DNA from: Longimicrobiales bacterium
Lineage (GTDB): Bacteria > Gemmatimonadota > Gemmatimonadetes > Longimicrobiales > Gaopeijiaceae
Reading direction: 5' to 3'
DNA: 64,000 nucleotides
NCBI GenBank assembly: GCA_965249725.1
Contig: CBDFMQ010000002.1
Location: 2,624,001-2,688,000 of the forward strand
Shown here: positions 38,910 to 49,644 of the stretch, in pieces
How positions within the stretch are numbered: the stretch's first letter is position 1
How the letters are laid out: each line of letters starts with the position of its first letter
Made by a program: the position numbers and the translations under genes
The notes under the pieces: model-generated
What the model saw: the letters and a program-made list of their open reading frames with translations, nothing else
Databases searched by the model: none
What the model was told of the DNA's origin: nothing

Positions 38910-40163
38910 GTGGACATCGCGCAGTTGAAGAGCAAGAGCGTTGGAGACCTCCATGATATGGCGGAGGAACTCAACATCTCCAACTACTCTGGGCTCCGCA
39001 AGCAAGACCTGATCTTCCGAATCGAGCAGAATCTGCTCGACAACGAAGTGGTCCTCCGTGGGGAGGGTGTGCTCGAGATCTTGACCGAGGGATACGGGTT
39101 CCTGCGCTCGCAGGACTGGAGCTATCTATACGGACCGGACGACATCTACGTCAGTCCTTCGCAGATCAAACGCTTCGATCTCCGGACCGGAGACACCGTC
39201 CTCGGCCAGGTGCGGCCCCCCAAGGAAGGAGAGCGCTACCTCGCACTCCTGAAAGTCGAGAGCGTCAACGGCGACAACCCGGACAACGCCAAACAGCGCA
39301 TCGCATTCGACAACCTGCGGCCGCGGTACCCCGAGGACCGGCTCACGCTCGAAGTCGCCGATGAAGACCTGTCGATGCGAATCATGGACCTGGTGGCGCC
39401 GGTGGGAATGGGCCAGAGAGGACTGATCGTCTCCCCGCCCAAGGCGGGTAAGACGATGCTGTTGCAGAAGATCGCCAACGCCATCACCGCCAACCATCCG
39501 GATGTGCACCTCATCGTCCTGCTCATCGACGAGCGCCCCGAAGAGGTGACGGACATGGAGGAGCACGTCGATGGCGAGGTCATCTCGTCCACCTTCGACG
39601 AGCCGGCGGACCGCCACGCACAGGTCGCCGAGATGGTGCTGGAGAAGGCGAAGCGGCTGGTGGAGCACGGAAAGGACGTGGTCGTCCTGTTGGACTCCAT
39701 CACGCGCCTGGCCCGGGCCTACAACAGCACCATGCCCCACTCGGGTAAGATCCTGTCGGGAGGGGTCGATGCGAACGCTCTGCAGAAACCCAAGCGATTC
39801 TTCGGGGCCGCGCGAAACATCGACGAGGGAGGGTCGCTGACCATAATCGCGACAGCGCTGGTGGAGACCGGGAGCCGTATGGACGAGGTCATCTTCGAGG
39901 AGTTCAAGGGGACCGGAAACATGGAGTTGATCCTCGACCGTCACATTTCCGACAAGAGGATCTTCCCGGCCATCGACATCAACCGCTCCGGGACCCGCAA
40001 GGAAGAGTTGCTGTTCACCGCCAACGAGTTGAACAGGGTGTACCTCCTCCGCAACTTCCTCTCCGACATGCCGCCCACCGAGGCTATCGAGTTCCTCATG
40101 GAACGCATGAGCCGGACAGAGACGAATCAGGAGTTCATGGACTCCATGGCCGGCGGCGAATAG
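38910..40163 (+). CDS. rho: Transcription termination factor Rho
   Basis: [43 protein letters not shown] before GTG. Confidence 0.98.
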   Translation: MDIAQLKSKSVGDLHDMAEELNISNYSGLRKQDLIFRIEQNLLDNEVVLRGEGVLEILTEGYGFLRSQDWSYLYGPDDIYVSPSQIKRFDLRTGDTVLGQVRPPKEGERYLALLKVESVNGDNPDNAKQRIAFDNLRPRYPEDRLTLEVADEDLSMRIMDLVAPVGMGQRGLIVSPPKAGKTMLLQKIANAITANHPDVHLIVLLIDERPEEVTDMEEHVDGEVISSTFDEPADRHAQVAEMVLEKAKRLVEHGKDVVVLLDSITRLARAYNSTMPHSGKILSGGVDANALQKPKRFFGAARNIDEGGSLTIIATALVETGSRMDEVIFEEFKGTGNMELILDRHISDKRIFPAIDINRSGTRKEELLFTANELNRVYLLRNFLSDMPPTEAIEFLMERMSRTETNQEFMDSMAGGE

Positions 40164-40174
40164 ACCTAAGAGCT

Positions 40175-40265
40175 CGACGCTACAGCCCGACGCTACAGCC
40201 CGACGCTACAGCCCGACGCTACAGCCCGACGCTACAGCCCGACGCTACAGCCCGATGCTACAGCC
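40175..40265. repeat. 13-bp tandem repeat x7 (cgacgctacagcc)
   Basis: Six identical units and one variant, 11 nt after rho stop. Confidence 0.97.
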
Positions 40266-40362
40266 CGGCGCATGTGCAAGCCCGCCCCTCCCGTTCGTCA
40301 CTTGAGGTAGGCGGGCCCGGTTCCTTCGGTCCCGCGACGGGACAACTGAGAGGGGAACCACC

Positions 40363-42357
40363 ATGCGCACAGTGACACTTCTCCTGGCACTTCTCGCCGG
40401 ACTCATCACCGACGGACCCCAGAAGACAGGTTCACAGGGCACGGTCGTCGGCACCGTAACGGACGCGGCCACGGGCGCACCGCTATCGGGCGTTCAGATT
40501 TACGCGGACGGTCTGATGACAAGCTCCCTCACTGCGAGGGACGGGGGCTACATGCTCAGACTGGCCGCCATCGCCACAGGTGAGGTGACGATCCGAGCGG
40601 ATCTCATCGGATACAGAACCATGACCCGGCAGGTGACGCTGGGGGCCGACTCCGTTCGAGTGGACTTCGCCCTCGAGTCGACGAGGCGACAAGAGCCCGA
40701 GGCACAGCTGATGGACGAGACGGCCGTCGCGGCAGCGGCAGCGATTGGCTTGGACGGGCCCGGGAGCCGACGAGACGTTGCGGTATTGGTCCCCTCGCGG
40801 GCAAATGAGGATGCTCGGAAGGCTGGGGCCCTCTCCGTGAACGCAGCAGTGGCCCAGCCAAGGTTGCGGTCGCCCGGCGACCTATACCGGAGAGAGGGGA
40901 GCCTGCCCGAACGATACAACCCCGACTTCGAGCGCGAGGGCTACGAGCGGATCTTCGAGAACGACTTCCTGGCGGTCGGACCGAACCCACTCTCTACGTT
41001 CGGCATCGACGTCGATCGGGCATCGTACGCCAACGTGCGCCGCTTCATCCGCGGGGGGCAGCTGCCGCCGGCCGACGCCGTTCGGATCGAGGAGCTGATC
41101 AACTACTTCACCTACGAGTTGGACACGCCCGACGGACCGGACCCGTTCGCCGTCCATACCGAGATGGCACCCGCCCCGTGGAACCCCCTTCATCACCTGG
41201 TGCGTATCGGCATTCAGGGGCGGAAGATCGATACCGAGAACCTGCCCGCCAGCAACCTCGTCTTCCTGCTCGATGTGTCGGGCTCCATGAGGCCTGCCAA
41301 CAAGCTGCCCCTGCTCAAGTCCGCGCTGCGGCTCCTGGTCATGCAGATACGGCCGGAGGACCGAGTGGCCATCGTCGTGTACGCGGGCGCCGCGGGCCTG
41401 GTGCTGGAACCGACTGCGGGCAGTGAAAAAGAGCTCATTCTAGACGCGATCGATCGGCTGGAGGCCGGGGGCTCCACGGCGGGTGGAGCCGGAATCCAAC
41501 TCGCGTACGACGTCGCACAGCGGTACAACGTGGAGGGCGGCAACAACCGGATCATCCTGGCCACGGACGGCGACTTCAACGTCGGCGCATCGAGCGATGC
41601 GGAGATGGTGCGACTCATCGAAGAACGACGCGAAGAAGGGACCTTCCTGACCGTCCTGGGCTTCGGCACGGGCAACCTGCAGGACGCGAAGATGGAGAAG
41701 CTGGCCGACCACGGGAACGGCAACTTCGCGTATATCGATACCGAGCTCGAAGCCCAGAAGGTGTTGGTCAGCGAGTTCGGAGGCACGCTGCACACCATCG
41801 CGAAGGACTTGAAGGTCCAGGTGGAGTTCAATCCCACTCGCGTCCGCGGGTACCGCCTGATCGGGTACGAAAACCGCATGCTGGCCGCAGAGGACTTCAA
41901 CGACGATACGAAGGACGCGGGCGACCTGGGCGCCGGGCACACCGTAACGGCCCTCTACGAGGTAATCCCGACCGGGGTAGCGAGCGCCACGCCGGTCCGT
42001 GGCCTGGACGACCTGCGCTATCAGTCCACGGAGGTCCGAAACGAGGCATCCAGCCCGGAACTCATGTTCGTGAAGCTGCGCTACAAGGATCCCGACGGGA
42101 AGAAGAGCAGGCTCCTCACCCACACGGTGATCGACGGTACGACCATGCCGTCGGCCGACTTCATGTTCGCCGCGTCGGTCGCCGCCTTCGGGATGGTCCT
42201 ACGGGACTCCAAGTACTGTGGGGCGACCGATATGGAAGAGATCCTGCGCTGGGCGCGTGATTCGGTAGGAACCGACACGCAGGGCTACCGCAGCGAGTTC
42301 GTGGATCTGGTCCGCGAGGCGCATATACTAGCTCAATCCTCTACGGCGCCCTCGTAA
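40363..42357 (+). CDS. Secreted VWA domain protein (YfbK/DUF3520-like) with N-terminal carboxypeptidase-regulatory-like domain
   Basis: GTVTDAATGAPL, STFGIDVD, MIDAS DVSGSM, TDGDFNVG, RLIGYENR. Confidence 0.9.
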   Translation: MRTVTLLLALLAGLITDGPQKTGSQGTVVGTVTDAATGAPLSGVQIYADGLMTSSLTARDGGYMLRLAAIATGEVTIRADLIGYRTMTRQVTLGADSVRVDFALESTRRQEPEAQLMDETAVAAAAAIGLDGPGSRRDVAVLVPSRANEDARKAGALSVNAAVAQPRLRSPGDLYRREGSLPERYNPDFEREGYERIFENDFLAVGPNPLSTFGIDVDRASYANVRRFIRGGQLPPADAVRIEELINYFTYELDTPDGPDPFAVHTEMAPAPWNPLHHLVRIGIQGRKIDTENLPASNLVFLLDVSGSMRPANKLPLLKSALRLLVMQIRPEDRVAIVVYAGAAGLVLEPTAGSEKELILDAIDRLEAGGSTAGGAGIQLAYDVAQRYNVEGGNNRIILATDGDFNVGASSDAEMVRLIEERREEGTFLTVLGFGTGNLQDAKMEKLADHGNGNFAYIDTELEAQKVLVSEFGGTLHTIAKDLKVQVEFNPTRVRGYRLIGYENRMLAAEDFNDDTKDAGDLGAGHTVTALYEVIPTGVASATPVRGLDDLRYQSTEVRNEASSPELMFVKLRYKDPDGKKSRLLTHTVIDGTTMPSADFMFAASVAAFGMVLRDSKYCGATDMEEILRWARDSVGTDTQGYRSEFVDLVREAHILAQSSTAPS

Positions 42358-42875
42358 CGAGGATTCACGACGAGGTGCTCGCCCTCGAATACCTTGCGAT
42401 CCCACGGAAAGATGATCGTCGCATCGGTCTCGAGCGCGAAGTAGTCCGTCTTGTATCCGTGCGTCCGCGCAAAGCTCGTCGCCGTGCGCACCTCGGTCGG
42501 GTCGATGTCCCGGATGGCGGCGAGGCCGAGGCGGAGCGTGTCGCCCGACGTCGCGATCTCGTCCACGAGCAGCACCTTCTTACCTCTCGCCTGAACCGGA
42601 GCCGCTGACAGAACCGCCGGCCGATCCAGAATCTGGTTGTCTCCCTGCTTGCGCGAGATCTTCATGGAGTAGAAGTCCACGCGCAGGATCGAAGCCACGA
42701 TGGCGGCTGGAATCGCCCCAGCGCGGGCGATCCCGACAACCAGGTCCGGGTGGTAGTCCCGGGCCACGCGGAAAGCGAGCGCACGGCACAGTTCGCCGAA
42801 CATCTCCCAGGACACGTCGAGGAACTCGTCGGTGCCGCGGTAGTTGGGAGCCGGTGTAGGCTGCATATCATGCAT
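42333..42875 (-). CDS. Phosphoribosyltransferase family protein
   Basis: PRPP loop VLLVDEIATSGDTL, IIFPWD. Confidence 0.9.
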   Translation of the reverse strand: MHDMQPTPAPNYRGTDEFLDVSWEMFGELCRALAFRVARDYHPDLVVGIARAGAIPAAIVASILRVDFYSMKISRKQGDNQILDRPAVLSAAPVQARGKKVLLVDEIATSGDTLRLGLAAIRDIDPTEVRTATSFARTHGYKTDYFALETDATIIFPWDRKVFEGEHLVVNPRYEGAVED

Positions 42876-42984
42876 GGCAAAGCTCCTGTGCGCGACCGCT
42901 CTACTTCCTCAGCAGCCTTCTGAAAGGGGGATGATTAAGTTAGAGGCGCGGGAATGGAAAACAAACCACTCATGACAGTGTGAC

Positions 42985-43431
42985 ATGGACGAAGCGCTGC
43001 AGAGCCGAGCCGACGATCTCTTCGAAGAGGCGCTGGCGCGGACCAACGCCAAGGACCCCCGAGAGTTCTATCGAGAGCGCCTGCGAGAGATGAAGGGTTC
43101 GGACCCCGACGCCTATCGAACAGCGGTCGAGTACTACCAAGAGGAGTTGATTCCCTCCATCGCCGAAAAGGGAGTGGATCCGCTGACGTCATGGCAGGCA
43201 TACGGCTGCCGCCTCGCGGAGTTGAGCGTGCCCGGCAAGCCTGTCGAGGTTGACGTGACCGGAAAGACCCATCAGTACCAGCCGCCGACTCCGGAGGACC
43301 GCATGATCCTCCACATTCCCCAAGGGACTAAGGGTCGAGCGCTGGTCGTAGGACTGCCAAAGGAGTTGTCTCCCGCCCAGCGGGCCACGTACGATCTATT
43401 GGTCGCGGGACGCCTGCGACTCCAGGAATAG
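42985..43431 (+). CDS. Hypothetical protein
   Basis: 148-aa ORF; no family recognised. Confidence 0.75.
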   Translation: MDEALQSRADDLFEEALARTNAKDPREFYRERLREMKGSDPDAYRTAVEYYQEELIPSIAEKGVDPLTSWQAYGCRLAELSVPGKPVEVDVTGKTHQYQPPTPEDRMILHIPQGTKGRALVVGLPKELSPAQRATYDLLVAGRLRLQE

Positions 43432-43441
43432 GGGAGATCCG

Positions 43442-43726
43442 ATGCCGTACGACAAAAGAATGCGGACAGCCACCAACATGGTCTGGGCGCCGCGTCCGGG
43501 TTGGGCCACGGTTCGCTTGGTGGGCACGTGTGCCGATCGGACGCTGCGCCGAGGACAGATCGTGATGCACACCCCCAGTGACGAATACGACATCCCGGGA
43601 CAGGACGAGGGTCTGGCACCAAGCACGTTGGTCATCATCCTGCACGAAGCCGCACGGCTCGTGGAGGACGACCTACACCTGGTGCCCGAGCATGCGGTGG
43701 TGGCGATCGGAGAAGAGCTGCCCTAG
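43442..43726 (+). CDS. Hypothetical protein (possibly GroES/SH3-like small beta fold)
   Basis: 94-aa ORF with GGGGAG RBS. Confidence 0.65.
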   Translation: MPYDKRMRTATNMVWAPRPGWATVRLVGTCADRTLRRGQIVMHTPSDEYDIPGQDEGLAPSTLVIILHEAARLVEDDLHLVPEHAVVAIGEELP

Positions 43727-43774
43727 CCGCCCCTCAGGCAGCACCTAAGCGCCCCGGGCGGGGGGCACATCCGA

Positions 43775-45598
43775 CTACGTGGCCAGATCCTCCACCAGAT
43801 AGGCGACACCCCACGCTCCGGTGCCCAGGTGTGTGGAGATGACCGGAGTCGCGGGCGCGCTCAGGATCTCCACGTCCCCGTAACGTGCAACGAGCAACTC
43901 CCGCACCTCAGGGACGATATCGGGGGCTCCAACATGTACGATTCCGAAGCGGATCTTCGCGGGCCGCTCCCCCACCTCCTCCGCTATGGCATCCAGAAGC
44001 GCCGTCATGACACGGGCGCGCCCCATGGCCTTCCCCTTCGGGACCACCTTGCCTGATGCGTCCAATCCGAGAATGGGCTTCACATTCAGGAGCGTCCCTA
44101 GCAGCGCCTTGCCCCTTCCCACGCGGCCGGAAGCCAAGAGCCGGTCGAAGGTCTCCACCGTGAAGAGGAGTCCGGACTGTGCACGGACGCGATCGAGCTC
44201 GGAGACGATCTCGTCCGGCTCCAGGCCCATCTCGGCCATCTCGGTCGCCTTCAGTACCAGGAGGCCCTGAAGCAGCGACGCGCCGAGGGAATCCATGATC
44301 CGAACCGACAGACCCTCCGCCCTCGAAATCGCCGCTTCGGCCGAGGCAAAGGTCCCGGAGAGCCCGGATCCGAGGAGGACACCCACAACCTGTTCGGCGT
44401 CCTCGGCCGCACGCTTGAACCCCTCGAGAAAAGCACCCGGTGGCGGTTGTGAAGTGGTCGGAAGGGCGTCCTGCCCGGCGAGCATCTCGTGGAACCGGTC
44501 GGCGGTCACATCGACCCCGTCCCGGTAGACCGTATCACCCTCGACCAGCATGAGCGGAACCACCTGGATGCCATGGGCACGGATGATCTCCTCGGGAAGA
44601 TCCGCGGCACTGTCGGTCACGATGCCTACCGGACGGCGAGCCAACGACAGATGCGACGTGCCTGCGCGACCCACGGCGGCGTGCTGGGCCTTCATGTCTT
44701 CGGCCTTGTGGGTCACGAGGTTGCCGAGACCCTTCAGATACTCGAAGACGTCATCGGGTTCGTCCGTGTGGATGTGCAGTTTGAGCACATCTCCCGAGCG
44801 GATGACGATCATCGAGTCGCCTCGCTCGCGGAGATAGTCCCGCACCTCTCCTTGCGTAGGTAGATCGTCCCCGCGGACCAGGGCCTCGGTACAGAAGCGA
44901 TACCGCTCCTCACGATCCGGGTACTCGACCATGGCCACGGCGGGGGGGCTGGCCTCGAAGTCGCCATTGGCCTTGCTCGTCAGCGGATCCCCGTGAAGGA
45001 AGAGCACCACTCCTTCCAAGAGGCTGACGAATCCCTTGGCCCCCGCGTCCACCACACCCGCCGCCTTGAGCACGGGGAGCAGGTCTGGGGTCCGAGACAG
45101 GGAGTGCTGGGCATTCTCCAGCATGTGCTCGACCAATGCCGCGATATCAGAGGTCTCGGCTACTGAGACGGACTCGGCCGTCTCTCGCATGACGGTGAGG
45201 ATCGTACCCTCGACCGGCTGATCGATGGCCGCATACAGGTTTTCGACCCCGGCGGTGAGAGCGACCCCGAACTCCTCGGCGCCGATGCGATCCCGATGCT
45301 CCAGGACGCCGGCGAACCCGAGCAGGAAGTGAGACAGCATCATGCCGCAATTGCCGCGAGCCCCCAGCACGGCGGCATCCGCCGCCTCCTGGGCGACCAC
45401 GCCCACCGCACGGTGCGTACTCCCGTCCAGGTGGTCCACAATGGCCTGGACGGTGAGCGCCAGGTTGGTTCCGGTGTCACCGTCGGGGACGGGAAAGACG
45501 TTGATCCGGTTGAGTTCGCCACGCTGTTGTGTCGCCCACTGACAGGCGGCGGAGAGCGCCCTGCGGAGGCGAGGGCCGTCGATGTAGCCAATCTGCAT
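43775..45598 (-). CDS. DAK2 (FakA-like) - DegV (FakB-like) fusion
   Basis: INVFPVPDGDTGTN, VVDAGAKG, HIHT, then IVTDSAADL, TTSQP, SGLSGT, SGRV. Confidence 0.92.
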   Translation of the reverse strand: MQIGYIDGPRLRRALSAACQWATQQRGELNRINVFPVPDGDTGTNLALTVQAIVDHLDGSTHRAVGVVAQEAADAAVLGARGNCGMMLSHFLLGFAGVLEHRDRIGAEEFGVALTAGVENLYAAIDQPVEGTILTVMRETAESVSVAETSDIAALVEHMLENAQHSLSRTPDLLPVLKAAGVVDAGAKGFVSLLEGVVLFLHGDPLTSKANGDFEASPPAVAMVEYPDREERYRFCTEALVRGDDLPTQGEVRDYLRERGDSMIVIRSGDVLKLHIHTDEPDDVFEYLKGLGNLVTHKAEDMKAQHAAVGRAGTSHLSLARRPVGIVTDSAADLPEEIIRAHGIQVVPLMLVEGDTVYRDGVDVTADRFHEMLAGQDALPTTSQPPPGAFLEGFKRAAEDAEQVVGVLLGSGLSGTFASAEAAISRAEGLSVRIMDSLGASLLQGLLVLKATEMAEMGLEPDEIVSELDRVRAQSGLLFTVETFDRLLASGRVGRGKALLGTLLNVKPILGLDASGKVVPKGKAMGRARVMTALLDAIAEEVGERPAKIRFGIVHVGAPDIVPEVRELLVARYGDVEILSAPATPVISTHLGTGAWGVAYLVEDLAT

Positions 45599-45751
45599 GT
45601 GGCCAAGATCGAGGACACTCCCGACACGCGCAACGCGGCTCGCCGCGCAACGCGTCCTTGTCACGAATCGGTGCGCGTCTCGTTCGGAGTCACCATATTG
45701 CTGTCATCTCACATGAAATTATGACTCTGTGAACGAAAGGTGGGAGGACCC

Positions 45752-47035
45752 TTGGCCGAAGCCTCAACTCACTGGCTCGCGACGATCGCGTTGCGGGCGG
45801 GCCTGGGAGACGCCATGAACTCGGGCGTATCTGATACGACCCCGGTTGAGAAGGCCTGGCCCTGGGTAGCGGACTTTCTAGGAATCGCTCAGACAGAGCT
45901 CGCCGAAGGCATCGGCCAGGCTCTTCGTCTACCCGTGGCGGATTTTGCCGCGGCCGACCCATCGGCCCTCTCTTTCCTGCCGAAGGATCAGGCCGAGCGA
46001 CTGAACGTCTTCCCCCTCAGAGTCACGGACCGCGAATTGGTGGTAGCCACCGCCGATCCGCTGGACTTCGAGGCGGAGCGAGAGGTGGGCTTCCTTTCGA
46101 GCCGTCGGACCGTGTTCGAGGTGTCCCCACCCGAAGCGCTCGCCGAGGCTCGGGACCAAGGGTACTCCGAAGCGCAAACCAGTTCTCGGGAGACGATCGG
46201 CGGCGACCAGCTCGACGCGGCCTATAGCCAGGTAGAGCTCGACCCCGACTTCGAAGGTACGATCCCGTATCACGCCGAGTCGGTCATCAAGGTAGAGCGG
46301 CTGATATTGTACGAGGCCTCCAAGCAGGGCGCGACGGAAATCCACGTGGCACCCAGAGGCAGCGTCGGGCGCGTACAGTTCGAGTTGGGCGGCGAACTCA
46401 AGACCTTCGTTCGCGTGCCTCTCAAGATCATCGCGGAGGTGGTGGATCGCTTGCGCACCCTCGCGGACCTGCCTTTCAGCACAACCGAACGACAAACCGG
46501 GACGATTCCCCTCCTCATCTCCGGCGCCAAGTACGAACTGTCCGTGCACACGGTCCCGTCGGCCGCCGGGCATCTGGTGCTATCACTCGAGGGAGAGGGT
46601 GCACCGGCTCCCGCGGCTCCGAAGAAACGCGACTGGCAGCCGGCGACGACGACCGACGAGGGGCACATCCTCATCGTCGACGACGATGCCGGGGGACGTA
46701 TGCTTATTCGCACCGTGCTCGAGAAGAACGGGTTCGCCGTAACGGAGACGGATGACGGTAGCACGGCCATCCCGTTCCTTCAGCAGGCCGAGGACATCGA
46801 CGGCATCCTCCTCGACCTGATGATGAAGAACATGGATGGCCTCGAGACGCTCAAGCGCATTCGGAAGTCCATGAAGACGTCTGCGCTACCGGTAGTGATC
46901 CTTACGGGGTCACAGGATCCCGAAGACGAGAAGCGCCTCATGAAGGCAGGGGCAGATGATTACCTGCGAAAGCCCGTCGATCCGCTACAGCTCGTGACGC
47001 GTATCCGATCGGTGCTCAAGAGAGCTCGTTCCTGA
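45752..47035 (+). CDS. PilB/GspE N-terminal domains fused to response-regulator receiver
   Basis: VFPL..LVVATADPLD, ATEIHVAP, REC motifs IVDDD, LLDLMM, LTG, RKP; GGAGG before TTG. Confidence 0.8.
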   Translation: MAEASTHWLATIALRAGLGDAMNSGVSDTTPVEKAWPWVADFLGIAQTELAEGIGQALRLPVADFAAADPSALSFLPKDQAERLNVFPLRVTDRELVVATADPLDFEAEREVGFLSSRRTVFEVSPPEALAEARDQGYSEAQTSSRETIGGDQLDAAYSQVELDPDFEGTIPYHAESVIKVERLILYEASKQGATEIHVAPRGSVGRVQFELGGELKTFVRVPLKIIAEVVDRLRTLADLPFSTTERQTGTIPLLISGAKYELSVHTVPSAAGHLVLSLEGEGAPAPAAPKKRDWQPATTTDEGHILIVDDDAGGRMLIRTVLEKNGFAVTETDDGSTAIPFLQQAEDIDGILLDLMMKNMDGLETLKRIRKSMKTSALPVVILTGSQDPEDEKRLMKAGADDYLRKPVDPLQLVTRIRSVLKRARS

Positions 47036-47043
47036 TACCTCGG

Positions 47044-47907
47044 TTACCCCGCGAGTAGCGACGTGGCGGCACCGATCGCCGTCGCCAAGAACGAGCGACA
47101 AGCCTCTTCCTGATCCGCCGCGCCGCCTGCCGAGATGAGGGCCTCGGCCGTCATGACGGCGCCGACCCATCCGTCACGATGCCAGTGCGCCCCACCCGGG
47201 AGCTCCGGTAGATCAACGGCCGCCGGATAGGGATGGGGTGTGACATAGAAGTACGGTGCGGAGTACGCTCCGTCGCCGGGAGATAGGCCCACACCCACGG
47301 TGGGACCGTCCTCGGCCCCGAGCGCAGCATCGAGCACCAGGAGCGTGGCGATGTCGCAGTGGTGCGGCCAGCCCCGTACGGGCGTGGCCTCCGTGTGGGT
47401 CGGCCGAACTCCGTCGAGAATGGCCGCAGCGTTCGAGAACCACGCCTCCAACTGGAGCAGGTGACCCTCCTCTCCGCCAGAGAACGGTCCCCCGTCGGCC
47501 ACCTGGCCGGGAGGAATCACGTTTTCGGGACGGCCGAGCTCGACTCGTGGTTCTCGTTGGATCACCTCCAACTGGTCCTCGAGCCAACGGTAGGCCTCCT
47601 CCAGGGTGCCGCCCACCAAGGAGCGCTTTGCCGCGACCACATCCCCGGCTCGAATCGAGAGGGTGAGATCTCGGGGCCGCAGCGCGACTCTCAGGCGCGG
47701 CTCGGCACGGGCGGGCTCCGAGAAGAAGCCGCACTCCCCGGCATTCCACATCATGCTGCGGTGGCTGTAGTCCGGGCGGGGTTCCACGTGGGCCTGTCCG
47801 AACGCTCCGAGCAGCTGGACGGAGCCATGAAGCTCGATCCGCCCCCCCTCCAGCTCATCGGGCGGAACCCTCCCGAGCTCGGTCCAGGGAACGGCTTCGA
47901 GATTCAA
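47044..47907 (-). CDS. Hypothetical protein (DUF5996-like)
   Basis: WPHHCDIA, GLSPGD, PYFYVTP, AHWH. Confidence 0.65.
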   Translation of the reverse strand: MNLEAVPWTELGRVPPDELEGGRIELHGSVQLLGAFGQAHVEPRPDYSHRSMMWNAGECGFFSEPARAEPRLRVALRPRDLTLSIRAGDVVAAKRSLVGGTLEEAYRWLEDQLEVIQREPRVELGRPENVIPPGQVADGGPFSGGEEGHLLQLEAWFSNAAAILDGVRPTHTEATPVRGWPHHCDIATLLVLDAALGAEDGPTVGVGLSPGDGAYSAPYFYVTPHPYPAAVDLPELPGGAHWHRDGWVGAVMTAEALISAGGAADQEEACRSFLATAIGAATSLLAG

Positions 47908-49541
47908 CTTCGAACTCCGGCAAAGGCAATCCCGGTGAGCTCAGCCACGTTCTTCTGCCATGTGGTGAGATCACCGAGGCTCATCTCGGATAGGTGGCTC
48001 TTCCCGCACGCGCGTGCCAAAACCTTCATGAGCTCGGTCGTAGCCGTGAGGTAGTTGTTGAGCTGTTGCGCCGACTCTTCGACGATGAGACGTAATCTGA
48101 GGTCCTTCTTCTGGGTGGCGATACCAACCGGGCAGTTGTTGGTGTGGCAGGCACGCATCCCAAGGCAGCCGATCGCCTGGAGCGCCGAGTTGGCGATCGC
48201 CACGGCGTCCGCACCGAGGGCCAGCGCCTTGATGAAGTCCGACTCCGTGCGCAGGCCCCCGGTGATGATGAGCGTCACGTCGTCGGCCCCGACAGAATCG
48301 AGATGCCGTCGAGCACGGGCCAGCGCCACCATCGTGGGTACCGAGATGTTGTTCTTGAAGATCTCCGGAGCCGCGCCCGTGGCGCCGCCCCGGCCGTCGA
48401 GAATGACGTAGTCCATTCCGGCCTCGAGCCCGAAGTCCAGGTCGGCTTCGATATGCTGGGCGGACATCTTGAAGCCGATCGGGATTCCCCCGGTGCGCTC
48501 TCGAATCTGATCCGACAACTCCCGGAAGTCCTCCGGTGTCACAAGATCTGGAAACCGCGACGGAGAGATGGCCGCTACACCCTCCTCGAGACCTCGCACC
48601 TCAGCGATCTTGCCCATCACCTTGCGACCAGGAAGGTGGCCGCCCGTTCCGGTCTTGGCGCCCTGCCCTCCCTTGAAGTGGAAGGCCTGCGACAAACACG
48701 CCTTGTCGAGACTCCATCCGAATCGGGCCGAGGCCAGCTCGTAGAAGTACCGGGAGTTCGCCGCCTGCTCCTCTGGGAGCATCCCGCCCTCTCCAGAGCA
48801 GATGCCCGTTCCCGCCATCTCGGCTCCGGTGGCGAGGGCGACCTTGGCCTCCTCTGAAAGGGATCCGAAGCTCATGTCACTGACGAACAAGGGAATGGCT
48901 AGGTGCAGAGGCTTCCCCGCCTTCGGGCCGATGACGACGTCCGTGCCCACTGGATCCTCGTCTACCAGCGGCCGGGTGGCCAACTGAGCGGTCAGGATCT
49001 GTACGTCGTCCCAGCGCGGCAACTCGGTGAGGGGCACGCCCATGGCCGATACGACCCCGTGGTGCCCTACGCCCTCGATCCCACCCTTTGCCAGTCGTTG
49101 GATGTAGCTGTTGTGAGGCTCGGCAGGCGTGCCGTGGACATCGGCGTACAACCCCAGGTATTGGTCCCGGTCATAAGGTTGGGCGTTCTTCTCCTCCCAT
49201 CCGCGGACCTCCTCGGCGTCAACGAATACCGCGTCCTCCGCCACGTCGATCCATGACCCGAACTTGTAGAGCACTTCCTCGTTGTTGTATTCGCTCACAC
49301 CCGTGTCGTACCGGTAGTCCCAGTTGTGCACCCCGCAGATGAGGCTCTCTCCACGGACGTGCCCATCGGACAGGAGTGCGCCTCGGTGCAGGCAGCGGCC
49401 GTAGAGCACTGAGACGTCGTCGTCGTAGCGAATGACTACGAGATCGACGTTCTCGACGAGGGCGTACGTGGGCTGACGGTCCTCGAGGTCACTCCAGGTC
49501 GCGACCTGAACTCTCGTTGGACTGACGGTGGGAAGATCCAT
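47904..49541 (-). CDS. Rieske domain - FMN-binding glutamate synthase-like protein
   Basis: Rieske CLH..CGVH; MSFGSLS, SGEGG, GQGAK..GGHLP, CLGMRACHTNNC. Confidence 0.9.
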   Translation of the reverse strand: MDLPTVSPTRVQVATWSDLEDRQPTYALVENVDLVVIRYDDDVSVLYGRCLHRGALLSDGHVRGESLICGVHNWDYRYDTGVSEYNNEEVLYKFGSWIDVAEDAVFVDAEEVRGWEEKNAQPYDRDQYLGLYADVHGTPAEPHNSYIQRLAKGGIEGVGHHGVVSAMGVPLTELPRWDDVQILTAQLATRPLVDEDPVGTDVVIGPKAGKPLHLAIPLFVSDMSFGSLSEEAKVALATGAEMAGTGICSGEGGMLPEEQAANSRYFYELASARFGWSLDKACLSQAFHFKGGQGAKTGTGGHLPGRKVMGKIAEVRGLEEGVAAISPSRFPDLVTPEDFRELSDQIRERTGGIPIGFKMSAQHIEADLDFGLEAGMDYVILDGRGGATGAAPEIFKNNISVPTMVALARARRHLDSVGADDVTLIITGGLRTESDFIKALALGADAVAIANSALQAIGCLGMRACHTNNCPVGIATQKKDLRLRLIVEESAQQLNNYLTATTELMKVLARACGKSHLSEMSLGDLTTWQKNVAELTGIAFAGVRS

Positions 49542-49543
49542 GT

Positions 49544-49576
49544 CGGGCTGACTCCGGGCTGACGCCGGGCTGACGC
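49544..49576. repeat. 11-bp tandem repeat x3 (cgggctgacgc)
   Basis: Lies 2 nt upstream of the ATG at 49541. Confidence 0.85.
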
Positions 49577-49644
49577 CGGTCGTTATTGGGGAGCGATTGG
49601 GACATCACAAGGAAAGTGAAGATACGCTTCCAAACGTCCCTGCA

